Source: Thermoproteus sp.
Lineage (GTDB): Archaea; Thermoproteota; Thermoprotei; Thermoproteales; Thermoproteaceae
NCBI GenBank assembly: GCA_049976425.1
Contig: JBMFIG010000002.1
Span: 32,001-96,000, forward strand
Direction of reading: 5' to 3'
Length of the DNA: 64,000 bases
Shown here: positions 19,408 to 28,090 of the stretch, piece by piece
How the letters are laid out: the number at the start of each line of letters is the position of its first letter
Numbering within the stretch: position 1 is the first letter of the stretch
The notes under the pieces: generated by a model
What the model was told of the DNA's origin: nothing
What the model saw: the letters and a program-made list of their open reading frames with translations, nothing else
Database searches by the model: none
Program-made: the position numbers and the translations under genes

Positions 19408-19922
19408 GGGGCTTCTTGGCCTTGAAACAGATAGTCGTCGTGGCCGCATCGCTCGCGGCGATTGCCGTGATCGCGTTGGCGGTATATAGAGCTACTGTCG
19501 AGGTGAGGGCCGCATATCCCTTAGCCGAAATTGCCGTAGCGATCAAGTCCTTCAAGCCTGTGGCCGTCCCCGACTATGTGCCCGTCTACGTGGTGAAAAC
19601 CCATTACCAACGCTCGGGAGGGCGTTACGTGTTGTTGCCAGGCCCCTCGCCTCCGACGTGTAACGACTGCGTGCCGCCGGCAGGTTGGCTCTATGCCGTC
19701 TCGTTCGGGGCGAACGCATCGCCGATATACGGAGTTTACTACAACGCGGCGAACTACACTGTGTACGTCGGGAGAGCGGTGGTCGTAGCGCCCTATTTTG
19801 ACAACGGCACGCTCTATTATCTATACCCCATGTGCACGGGCGGCTACCGTTTTTCCGAAAGAGCGATCCACATAGATAATGTACCTATATCTATTACTAT
19901 AATTTTACTAGATTGCTCTTAA
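19404..19922 (+). CDS. Pilin-like protein with class III signal peptide
   Basis: MRG|FLALKQIVVVAASLAAIAVIALAV; N-glycosylation sequons; ATGA overlap. Confidence 0.7.
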   Translation: MRGFLALKQIVVVAASLAAIAVIALAVYRATVEVRAAYPLAEIAVAIKSFKPVAVPDYVPVYVVKTHYQRSGGRYVLLPGPSPPTCNDCVPPAGWLYAVSFGANASPIYGVYYNAANYTVYVGRAVVVAPYFDNGTLYYLYPMCTGGYRFSERAIHIDNVPISITIILLDCS

Positions 19923-20017
19923 TAAATATATAATATTAATTAAGAATAAAAATATAATATATTTTTATCATAGATAACACGTCTGTTGTGGTGTGAACTT
20001 GTTGTTGCTGTTTTTCC
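19923..20017 (+). promoter_or_regulatory. AT-rich dedicated promoter region of the putative major pilin
   Basis: Nearly pure A/T stretch with TATA-like boxes and a TTATC-ATA-GATAA inverted repeat upstream of ATG 20018. Confidence 0.5.
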
Positions 20018-20479
20018 ATGAGACGTCTAAAAGGACAGGCAGGCGGTATAGACGCGTTGATAATCATAGCCGTGGTGGTGGCCGTCGCCGCCATAATCGC
20101 GTTAGCCATGATGCGGATGGGCCAGTCGGCCTCTGCCAATACCAGGGCACAGGTGATAGCAACCATAGGTAGCAAGGTCATGACCGTGGAGGTCCAAGTC
20201 CTCAATGGGAAGCTCAACGCGCTCTATCTACAGTACTGGAAACAAGGTGAGTCGCCTAGCCCGCCTATCAACGGCACGTGCTATTACAACGGCACGAGCG
20301 GCTTCGTCAACAGTAGTTCCAGCAACATACAGCTCTACACCGGCCAATCCGCCGTGTGCTACTTTAGCCTTAACAATCTGGCATACGGCACGCAGTACAG
20401 CTACGTCATATACGGCGTCGACTCCAGCGGTAGGACTATCCAGCTGGCCCGCGGCGTGTTTACGGCAGGCGCCACCTAG
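20018..20479 (+). CDS. Putative major type IV pilin
   Basis: MRRLKG|QAGGIDALIIIAVVVAVAAIIALAMM class III signal peptide; 153 aa; own promoter; T-rich tract downstream. Confidence 0.85.
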   Translation: MRRLKGQAGGIDALIIIAVVVAVAAIIALAMMRMGQSASANTRAQVIATIGSKVMTVEVQVLNGKLNALYLQYWKQGESPSPPINGTCYYNGTSGFVNSSSSNIQLYTGQSAVCYFSLNNLAYGTQYSYVIYGVDSSGRTIQLARGVFTAGAT

Positions 20480-20763
20480 AGGCAGACGATCTCCAAAGAA
20501 TCCCCTTTTTCCGGCGGCCTTTCCTCTTTCGGTAGCTCGAGGGTATGCGCCGCCCTCGGCTCTCTGTGGGTCTTCCAAGGCTTTAGGTACAAGACGTCCA
20601 CTACACGCATCTCTTCGTCGAGGAATACTGCCCATATGGGCTCCAGCATGAGGAACGTGTGTATCGAGTTCACTCCAATTAAAAGGATCGGCCTAGGTCT
20701 GCGCAACATCAAGCCCAGCCCGCGCCTCAACCGATCCCTATAGCATTTCGCATATATTTCCAT
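20476..20763 (-). CDS. DUF192 family protein
   Basis: RRGLGLM, NSIHTFLMLEPIWAVFLD, KPW and LELP motifs. Confidence 0.85.
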   Translation of the reverse strand: MEIYAKCYRDRLRRGLGLMLRRPRPILLIGVNSIHTFLMLEPIWAVFLDEEMRVVDVLYLKPWKTHREPRAAHTLELPKEERPPEKGDSLEIVCL

Positions 20764-20790
20764 GGGAATAAGTAGAGGAGGGGGCGGGCC

Positions 20791-21069
20791 ATGGACGTCG
20801 ACGTACTAGCGATGGTGGTCGTTATGGCGCTGGCGCTCGCCGTATTAGCGCTTATACAGCCGGTGGAGCTGTCGTCGCCTTCGCTATCGGCGATCTACAG
20901 ATACTGGCCCCAGTACTACAACTACACTATCCACGGCGACGTAGCCGCCTTGAGGCCTCTGCTGTCCGGGCTGACATGCTGGCTCTACGCAGACGGTAGT
21001 TGGGTAGAGATATCGAGATCGGGAGGCCTTGGTCTATCGATATCGGTGCTGAACTTGACCTGTAGATAA
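20791..21069 (+). CDS. Small membrane-anchored pilus-locus protein
   Basis: N-terminal TM helix, sequons, purine-rich RBS-like sequence upstream. Confidence 0.6.
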   Translation: MDVDVLAMVVVMALALAVLALIQPVELSSPSLSAIYRYWPQYYNYTIHGDVAALRPLLSGLTCWLYADGSWVEISRSGGLGLSISVLNLTCR

Positions 21070-21072
21070 TCC

Positions 21073-21399
21073 ATGGAGGAGCTGGTGGAGCTCGCCTCAG
21101 TGCTGGCCGTGGCCTCGCTGTCCGTTCTATTGATCTTCTTGACATACACCCACTTCACTTCATGGAGTCTGTGCGAGGCGGCGCGGCTCGCCTTGGGCCA
21201 CAACGGCTCTGCGTTTGTAGTCTCGGCATTCGGCGAGATCTCGTGCGATGGGTCCGGTTGCTATCTCGGTTGCGGCTTGTTCGTGCCGTCGTATCGGATA
21301 TACTACGTCGACGGAAAGCCGGCGATAGGCGGCGTGCCCGGCGTCGTGGTGGTCGGCACAACCCCCGACGGAAGGCTGTACATCCTGCCGAGGGGATGA
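21073..21399 (+). CDS. Small membrane-anchored Cys-containing pilus-locus protein
   Basis: N-terminal TM helix and 4 Cys; coupled to the next gene. Confidence 0.6.
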   Translation: MEELVELASVLAVASLSVLLIFLTYTHFTSWSLCEAARLALGHNGSAFVVSAFGEISCDGSGCYLGCGLFVPSYRIYYVDGKPAIGGVPGVVVVGTTPDGRLYILPRG

Positions 21400-21866
21400 G
21401 AGGCCAGATCTCGTCGCCGGTGGCCGCCTCGATCTTCGCGCTCCTAGTGGCCGTACTGACGCTCTTCGCCTTCATGAAGCTTTCGTCGTTGCCTCACGGC
21501 GGCTATCTAGCGCCTCTATCGCCGCCGCAGGGCGGACCTGCCAGGTGGATACACGTTTTCTACCACAACGGAGAACTCTGGATGGTCGATGCGGAGACGC
21601 CGTCTCCTACGCTGGCCGAAATCGCTGTCGGCGTAAACGGGACGTGGGTGGCCACATTCTATCTATGGCCGGGTGGGTACAACTGTACCTATAACTCCTC
21701 CTTCGTGCTGGGCGGCGAACCTATATCCGCCTCGAACCCGTTGAGAATAGGGCCGGATCCCTACTCCGGGCTCTGGTGCCCGCCGCCGTGGAAGGGCGGA
21801 GGCGTCTGTTCGGCTACCGTCGTTGAGTCTAGGGGGAGACTTCTCCTGGCTAGATGTATTCCATGA
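21396..21866 (+). CDS. Minor pilin-like protein
   Basis: MRG|QISSPVAASIFALLVAVLTLF class III signal peptide at an ATGA overlap. Confidence 0.75.
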   Translation: MRGQISSPVAASIFALLVAVLTLFAFMKLSSLPHGGYLAPLSPPQGGPARWIHVFYHNGELWMVDAETPSPTLAEIAVGVNGTWVATFYLWPGGYNCTYNSSFVLGGEPISASNPLRIGPDPYSGLWCPPPWKGGGVCSATVVESRGRLLLARCIP

Positions 21867-22954
21867 GAGGAGTACAGATAACGACTACTCTGATCGCGAC
21901 CGCGGCGCTAGCCGTGGCGGCGACAGTCGCGATCGCCTTAATTGTCGTCGGCGCGGCGTCGGCGGATCTTCCGAGCGCCACGGCGTCGGTGACCGAGCAG
22001 AACGGCGTAGTCGTGGCGTCGATAACCGTGTTGCGGGGCGCCCTATACGGCGTCGCGCTTATGTACAGAGCGCCGGACGGCTCGATGTGGTATGCGAGGC
22101 CGATATACTGTCTCGGCGCCCAGACGCGGACGACGGCGACCTCGGCCCTACTCGGGAGGCCTCTGTACGCAGGCCAGGGGGTAACATGCGCCTTCCAGAT
22201 GTGGTATCCGGCCGCCGGCGACTACGCCTTCGATCTTCTAGGCCTTGGAGAAAAGGGCGCAGTGAGCATCGTGAGGGGAGTCGTGGCCGCGGCGCGGGCC
22301 AACGGCTATTCCGGCCAACTGCCGGCGGGAAATCTCTACGGCGTGGGGCAGACGCCGTCCATAGGACTCACTAAGAACGGGTACAACTTCACGTCTATCT
22401 CGATATATTGGCCAAGTCGCGGATATCTAGCCGTCGAGGTTAAGTGGGGCTATACCAACTCGACGTGTGTAGCTGACGGGCTGTATGTATCCCTATTCGT
22501 CCCTCAGAGCGCCCGTAGCCTCGTCGCGCCTTCTGACGAGGGTCTCGGCGTATTGCCGTTCGGAGGCGCCGACTACGTGCCCGCGGGAGGCCCCCTGCAG
22601 CTCTTCGTACAGCTCAACCCCTACGACTACGGGCGCGAGGACGGATCTTTTGAGTTCGCTGTGATGAACTCGTCGGGAGGCAGAGGCGTTGTAAGGCCGG
22701 CTGGCTTCAACGGCCTCAAGTCGTGGCCGACGGAGATCTGGACCACTTATCTGCTGTACAACTCCTCGAGCAATACTCTGTTTGTCGAATGGGCGGCGCC
22801 CGACGCCTTCAGCGAGGCGTATACCTATAATCTGACTAGCTACGGCTTCGCCAGACCTCCGGCGGGGAACTACGCCGTCGTGATAGGGGTCGCCAACGGC
22901 GGATGTACTGCCGACTGGCGCGTGTACGATTACGCAATAGCGTCAGGGGGGTGA
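21863..22954 (+). CDS. Minor pilin: pilin domain fused to a putative L-type lectin-like domain
   Basis: MRG|VQITTTLIATAALAVAA; N-domain aligns by eye with the 20018 pilin; C-domain has ADGLYVSLF...FVQLNPY...YNSSSNTLFV...VIGVANG. Confidence 0.72.
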   Translation: MRGVQITTTLIATAALAVAATVAIALIVVGAASADLPSATASVTEQNGVVVASITVLRGALYGVALMYRAPDGSMWYARPIYCLGAQTRTTATSALLGRPLYAGQGVTCAFQMWYPAAGDYAFDLLGLGEKGAVSIVRGVVAAARANGYSGQLPAGNLYGVGQTPSIGLTKNGYNFTSISIYWPSRGYLAVEVKWGYTNSTCVADGLYVSLFVPQSARSLVAPSDEGLGVLPFGGADYVPAGGPLQLFVQLNPYDYGREDGSFEFAVMNSSGGRGVVRPAGFNGLKSWPTEIWTTYLLYNSSSNTLFVEWAAPDAFSEAYTYNLTSYGFARPPAGNYAVVIGVANGGCTADWRVYDYAIASGG

Positions 22955-23289
22955 TGGACCTATACATAGTGTCGGCCGCCGTCTCTCTAGCCGTCGCCGC
23001 CGTGATCGCCGGCGCGTTTCTTATGCATGTGGGCGTCCAGGCCGGCGCGCCCAGATGCTCAGATTGCGTATTTTACGTCGAGGGACCCGTTGCGCTGGTC
23101 CAGACGAACGGCTCCGCTTATCTGGTCCGCGGACCGGTGCTCACAAACTCGTCGATTATGGCCCAATACGCCTGGGCCTACGGACCCGACGGGCGTCCTC
23201 TAAGGCCTGGCGAGGAGCTCGTGTGCCCCGTCCTCATGCGCGTCGAGGTGATCGACGGGATAGCCTACGCCTTGTGCGTCGGGCGATGA
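22954..23289 (+). CDS. Small membrane-anchored pilus-locus protein
   Basis: MDLYIVSAAVSLAVAAVIAGAFL TM helix, CxxC; coupled on both sides. Confidence 0.6.
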   Translation: MDLYIVSAAVSLAVAAVIAGAFLMHVGVQAGAPRCSDCVFYVEGPVALVQTNGSAYLVRGPVLTNSSIMAQYAWAYGPDGRPLRPGEELVCPVLMRVEVIDGIAYALCVGR

Positions 23290-23861
23290 GAGGCCAGTGG
23301 TCTCTTGCGTACGCCCTAGTGGCCGTCGCTGTCGTGGCCTGGACCGCGGCAGTCCTGTCGAGCTCGCACCCGCGCTACGTCCCGATAGACTACCCGCAGG
23401 TGCTCTACGAGCTGAAGCTGGAGTCCCTCGTGGCTTCCCAGATCCACTGTATCACGTACAACGCCACGCCGTCCTCGATCTACTGCAACGGCTCTGCCCT
23501 ATACCTCTCGGGAGTCAACAGATCCCTGCTGGTGTATTATCGAGGCGGCCTTGTGGCGGCGCGTCTGTCCAGATCGTGGGGGCCTATAAACTACACCCTA
23601 TATCTGGCCTTGGTAAACTGTACTAAGGCAATTGCGCAAAACGGCGGCGCGGCGCGGGTCTACTACATCGCGCTGTCGTCAACGCTCGACTATATGCCCG
23701 AGCTGTACGTCAACGCCACCGCGGCCGAGATAGCGGCCTTGGGCAAAGACGGCTATTATCTGTCGCCGCAGAGGGAATACCTCGTAGCGGTGTCTAGAGG
23801 CTCCCACATAGAGGTAGTGGACTTCCCTGTGTCGTTGACGATCAGTTGTGATATTCCATGA
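23286..23861 (+). CDS. Minor pilin-like protein
   Basis: MRG|QWSLAYALVAVAVVAW class III signal peptide; several sequons. Confidence 0.72.
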   Translation: MRGQWSLAYALVAVAVVAWTAAVLSSSHPRYVPIDYPQVLYELKLESLVASQIHCITYNATPSSIYCNGSALYLSGVNRSLLVYYRGGLVAARLSRSWGPINYTLYLALVNCTKAIAQNGGAARVYYIALSSTLDYMPELYVNATAAEIAALGKDGYYLSPQREYLVAVSRGSHIEVVDFPVSLTISCDIP

Positions 23862-26731
23862 GGTGGGTAGTCCTAACGCTGGCGATCGCGTTCTTGGCCT
23901 GGGCGGCAGTCCAGGCCCCGAACTGTCAGCTGGTTAACGCCACCCTCATTTCGAGCGGCGAACCGCCCCCAGAAGCGCCTATTTCGATAAGCATAGACCT
24001 CCACTTTCTAGGCATACCGAGGGCCGCGTCGATCCCTGCGATCTACGTGGCGGGCAACACATCGTATATTGCCAGCTCTGGCGGCTACGCCAGCTACGGC
24101 CTCGCGAGAGGATCTATATTTGTAGCAAATAATCCCCTTCCCTCAAATGGAAAATTCAATATAACAATATTTATAAATTATTATACTTATAAATATGATA
24201 TATATTATGTAATATATAATTGTTCAGGAACTATAAAAGAGGGCACTCTAGCGAACGTAACCGAGGTATCGCAGTCGATATATAGTGACGAGGCCGGCGG
24301 AGCGATACCGGGTATTGACTGGAGCTACGCGCGGACCGTGTATCTGCCCGCCCCGTATAGATCTCTGCCGACAGATTGGTACCTCGGGCCCAGCCTAGAC
24401 GACTACGTCGAGATATCTGTGGCCGTCAAAGAGCCGAGCGTCTTGAGCGGGCTCTCCGTCGGGCAGATAAACGAGGGCGCGCTCGGAATAAGCGCGGTCG
24501 TCAACTCGACGTCGCTGGTCTTCGGCGACGTCGCGCGAGGACTGCCGCAGAACAACCCGTTTAGGACGAGGTACTCGCCGAGTAGCTTCAGCTGGAGTCC
24601 TCAAGGATCCGAGGGGTACCTTTCAGGCTATCTCCCGTTGGATAAGGACTTCCCGAGCTCCGTGAGCTTACAGGCATGGCTTGTGCCGGAGTATTGGACG
24701 GCGCCGTTGGAGATAGAGTCGCCGAATGCGCCTGGGATCGTCGCCCTCCGCACCAGCTATATCCTGCTCAACCAGACCGCCGAGGGGCTTGTGGCCCTGT
24801 TTGATCCGACCTACAGAGTCGTGGCCGAGACCTACGTGTCGCAGTGGCCCAACTTCGCGGCCGCGGTCAGCCACCTGCTGGCCGCCGCCTCGTCGGGGGA
24901 GTTGCCCTCTCTCGGCCCGTTCGCGCTGTCGCCGTTGGCCTCCGGCTCGGGCGGATGGGAGTACTACAACCTGTATACTTACGTTGAATGGCCCGCCGAC
25001 GTCCTCTGGGAGCCTTATCTGCGTTTCGGCTCCGCCGAGATCTGGATCGAAGGAGGCTCGGCTAACGTCTACATGCCGGCGGGAGGCGTCGCGGACTTCT
25101 ACGCGTCGTTGCTGGGATATCTGATCTACGGAGGCCGCTACGTAGGGTACTCGCCTAGAGGCTACGGAGGATTTTCAGGCTACGTCGCGGTAAGTCCTCT
25201 GAGCGGCAACGTGGCGTGGGACGGACATTACGGAGGCGTCACGCTCACAGAGGTCGGCGGGTACGGAGCCACGTCGCGGCTGATCCCGTGGTCCTATCCG
25301 GCCCCCTCGGATCTGCCCACTTACGGCCTCGCGATGCTCCTATCGCGTTGGTCCTACTCGACGTCGCCGGACTATATATGGGCCACGCTTGTTGGCGGCT
25401 ATTACCAGTACACGAGCCCGGCCACCGACCCCATCACCGGCCTCACGGGTGTTGCCCAAGGAGCTGTCTTCGCCTCGCCGCCGCCCAAGGGGCCCGCCTA
25501 TCCGGCTGACGTGTACGTCTACGTGCTACAGCCGTGGGGTTCGGCGAGCCAAAGTGCCGCGTCGTATGTGTCGAGCGTAGTGAGGGGGAATAACGGCCAG
25601 CCGATCGGCGCGATTCTGTGGTCGCTGGTGCCTCTGGTCCCATGTAGGTCGCTCTCCTGCGCCGATCCTCAGAAAGCTTGGTGGAACGGCGAGTTCTCAG
25701 GGAACGCGGCGCTGAAGGGAGCGGCCTACGGGCTGGCCGTCATGTGGTTCGGCAAATCCCCCATCAGTGTAACCATATACGTCAACGCGAGCGGCGCGCG
25801 GTACGTCAACGGGTCTTGGGCTGGCTCGACGTGGCCGACGGCCGGGACCTGCAACATTTCCCTCGGCACATTCCAGCTGGAGCCCCATAAGCCGTACTTG
25901 GTAGTGCCGGGCTCTGCGGTCCCCCTCCCCAACTCGTCCGGTTGCGGGCTGGCCCCGACTCCGCCGGGCTGGCTCCTCACGCCCACAGACGATGGCTTCT
26001 TCTGGGTAGAGTTCGTAACCGGCAAAACGGCCAGCTACGGGTACTACTACACGACCGCGCTGGCCGTGAACTATACAGTATCCGACGACTTGGGCCGCCT
26101 CCTCCGCCCCGGCGAGATCTTCGCCGCCACTTTCTGTCTGGCGATAAACGGAACGAGACCATATCCCCCCTCCCTCGCCAACTGGTTCCCGTCTGGTTGC
26201 GCGCCGTTGGGCTGGCTTCCGCTGGACATATCGCATGGCCCCTACGTATATTGGAAGGCGGACTGCTCCGACGGCCAGGCAAGCGTGCGGGGCGATATAG
26301 GGCCCTACGCGGGTTTCGACGTGATGTTGGGGTCCGTGGGGCTGATGCACGGCTCCATATTATATGTATATATAAAGCCATATATTCTTGTAAATAGTTC
26401 TGGTATCTATATATATGTAGACAGTAATCTCAGTAAATATATAAAAGGCTATTATCTATATCTAAATAGAAACGGGACGTGGGTACGTCAATATTTCTGT
26501 CCAGGCGACGTGATACACATGCCGTGGAGCGTGGCCGAGAAGCTGGCCGTATATCCCTGGGATCCCGTCAAGGTACTGCCCGCGCTGAGCCTCACGGCGC
26601 TCGCCAAGTCGGATATAGTGTACCCGATACCTCAGTGGTCCACCCTGGCCAACTGGTGGTCTCTGCCAACCGATGCGGGGATGTACAGCGACCTCTCTGC
26701 GCTCGCCTCGCTCGGCTGTATCCCCGCGTAG
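23858..26731 (+). CDS. Large secreted surface protein / putative adhesin
   Basis: 957 aa, class I-like signal peptide, Y/W/G/S/P-rich with many sequons; last gene of the pilus locus. Confidence 0.7.
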   Translation: MRWVVLTLAIAFLAWAAVQAPNCQLVNATLISSGEPPPEAPISISIDLHFLGIPRAASIPAIYVAGNTSYIASSGGYASYGLARGSIFVANNPLPSNGKFNITIFINYYTYKYDIYYVIYNCSGTIKEGTLANVTEVSQSIYSDEAGGAIPGIDWSYARTVYLPAPYRSLPTDWYLGPSLDDYVEISVAVKEPSVLSGLSVGQINEGALGISAVVNSTSLVFGDVARGLPQNNPFRTRYSPSSFSWSPQGSEGYLSGYLPLDKDFPSSVSLQAWLVPEYWTAPLEIESPNAPGIVALRTSYILLNQTAEGLVALFDPTYRVVAETYVSQWPNFAAAVSHLLAAASSGELPSLGPFALSPLASGSGGWEYYNLYTYVEWPADVLWEPYLRFGSAEIWIEGGSANVYMPAGGVADFYASLLGYLIYGGRYVGYSPRGYGGFSGYVAVSPLSGNVAWDGHYGGVTLTEVGGYGATSRLIPWSYPAPSDLPTYGLAMLLSRWSYSTSPDYIWATLVGGYYQYTSPATDPITGLTGVAQGAVFASPPPKGPAYPADVYVYVLQPWGSASQSAASYVSSVVRGNNGQPIGAILWSLVPLVPCRSLSCADPQKAWWNGEFSGNAALKGAAYGLAVMWFGKSPISVTIYVNASGARYVNGSWAGSTWPTAGTCNISLGTFQLEPHKPYLVVPGSAVPLPNSSGCGLAPTPPGWLLTPTDDGFFWVEFVTGKTASYGYYYTTALAVNYTVSDDLGRLLRPGEIFAATFCLAINGTRPYPPSLANWFPSGCAPLGWLPLDISHGPYVYWKADCSDGQASVRGDIGPYAGFDVMLGSVGLMHGSILYVYIKPYILVNSSGIYIYVDSNLSKYIKGYYLYLNRNGTWVRQYFCPGDVIHMPWSVAEKLAVYPWDPVKVLPALSLTALAKSDIVYPIPQWSTLANWWSLPTDAGMYSDLSALASLGCIPA

Positions 26732-26733
26732 GG

Positions 26734-27366
26734 TCAGCTACCGAACGCCCTATCGCCGGCATCGCCGAGCCCGGGCACAATAAACCCGTTTTTGTTGAGG
26801 ACCTCGTCTATAGCCACAGCGTAAACCTCGGCTTGAGGGTATGTGGACAGCACGCGCTCTACTCCTATCGGCGTCGCTATGACGGAGGCCACCATCAGCC
26901 TTTTAGGCGAGCCTCTGCCCAGCACCTCCCGTATCGCAGAGGCCATAGTGATGCCGGTGGCCAGCATCGGATCCGCCATGAGGACCACCGAGCCCTCCAC
27001 CTCCGGAAGCCTTACGTAATATACGTCGACGCCTATGGCGCCCCCCTCCTCCTTCCTCCTAGCCGCGATGACGCCTATCTTGGCCTCGGGGAAGGCCTTG
27101 AGGAGCCCCTCGACGAGCGGCATGGCCGCCCTCAGCACCTCGACTATCACCACCTTGTCGAGATCCTCGAGCACCAAGCCCCTAGCCTCCCCCAGCGGCG
27201 TCTGGACCACGACCTCCCTTCTGGGAAACCTCTTGGCGATCTCGTACCCCATTATGCGGCCGAGCTTGACAAGGCCCTTGCGGAACTCCAGGCTGTTGGT
27301 GTTCTTATCGCGGAGTTTCGTGAGTACGTGTTGCGCGTATGGATGGTCAATTATATATACCGGCAT
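26734..27366 (-). CDS. upp: Uracil phosphoribosyltransferase
   Basis: [11 protein letters not shown] and [11 protein letters not shown] motifs. Confidence 0.96.
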   Translation of the reverse strand: MPVYIIDHPYAQHVLTKLRDKNTNSLEFRKGLVKLGRIMGYEIAKRFPRREVVVQTPLGEARGLVLEDLDKVVIVEVLRAAMPLVEGLLKAFPEAKIGVIAARRKEEGGAIGVDVYYVRLPEVEGSVVLMADPMLATGITMASAIREVLGRGSPKRLMVASVIATPIGVERVLSTYPQAEVYAVAIDEVLNKNGFIVPGLGDAGDRAFGS

Positions 27367-27388
27367 GTGGAGCAGTAGACGCGGGTAT

Positions 27389-27436
27389 ATGAAGATAGGC
27401 CCTTGTCCCGAGAGGTGACGAGAGTTCGCGCTCTGA
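27389..27436 (+). ncRNA. C/D box methylation-guide sRNA
   Basis: C ATGAAGA, 12-nt guide TAGGCCCTTGTC, D' CCGA, C' GTGACGA, 11-nt guide GAGTTCGCGCT, D CTGA; intergenic. Confidence 0.8.
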
Positions 27437-27470
27437 AGGGCAACTTTTAAAGGGATAACACCGCAGGGGC

Positions 27471-28064
27471 ATGGGTTGGCTGTATCGGCCTTATAGATCG
27501 AGCGAGGTCGTCGACTTCGTTCTGGCCATAGCGTCGGTCGCCGTCGCCTACGTCTTCAACATAGCTAACCCGATAGCCGGCGTCTTGTTGCCCACGATAG
27601 CGATAGCCATAGCCATAGTGCCCCATGAGCTGGCGCATAGACAGGTGGCCAGACGCAGAGGTTGCTGGTCGCGTTTCGTCCTCTACCAGCCCGGCTTCCT
27701 CGTCACCCTGATAGTAAACGGCCTCGTCGGCGCCTTCACGAGGGCGCCCGTGTTGTTCATATCGGGATACACGCTCATATCCTGCCACAGCTACACGCGC
27801 GAGGACGACGGCTTGATCTCTCTGGCTGGCCCTCTGACCAACATAGCAGTGGCCTTGCTGTCGCTGGCGCTCCTATCTCTGCCGATAGCCCTCGGCCTTC
27901 TCTCGATCCAGTTCTTGATCTACTTGATGAGGCTCAACGCGTTCGTCGCCTTCTTCAACCTCCTGCCTCTCGGCCCTCTAGACGGCTCAAAGATATTCAG
28001 GTGGAACATAGCCGTCTGGGCGGTCATGTTCCTGGTAGCGATCTACCTCTCGTTCATACTCTAG
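27471..28064 (+). CDS. M50 family site-2 intramembrane metalloprotease
   Basis: HELAH, AGPLTN and [10 protein letters not shown] motifs. Confidence 0.93.
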   Translation: MGWLYRPYRSSEVVDFVLAIASVAVAYVFNIANPIAGVLLPTIAIAIAIVPHELAHRQVARRRGCWSRFVLYQPGFLVTLIVNGLVGAFTRAPVLFISGYTLISCHSYTREDDGLISLAGPLTNIAVALLSLALLSLPIALGLLSIQFLIYLMRLNAFVAFFNLLPLGPLDGSKIFRWNIAVWAVMFLVAIYLSFIL

Positions 28065-28090
28065 CCAGAGATCGAGAATACGGGGGGAAC

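Noticed and set aside
15929-20479. Archaellum operon
   Set aside because: No ArlH, ArlF/G or archaellin-type conserved N-terminus was recognised; the organisation is pilus-like.
26479-27378. Long antisense or alternative-frame ORFs (for example 26479-27378, 8166-9143, 10985-11782)
   Set aside because: Expected shadows of GC-rich genes; they overlap clearly recognisable proteins and lack motifs.
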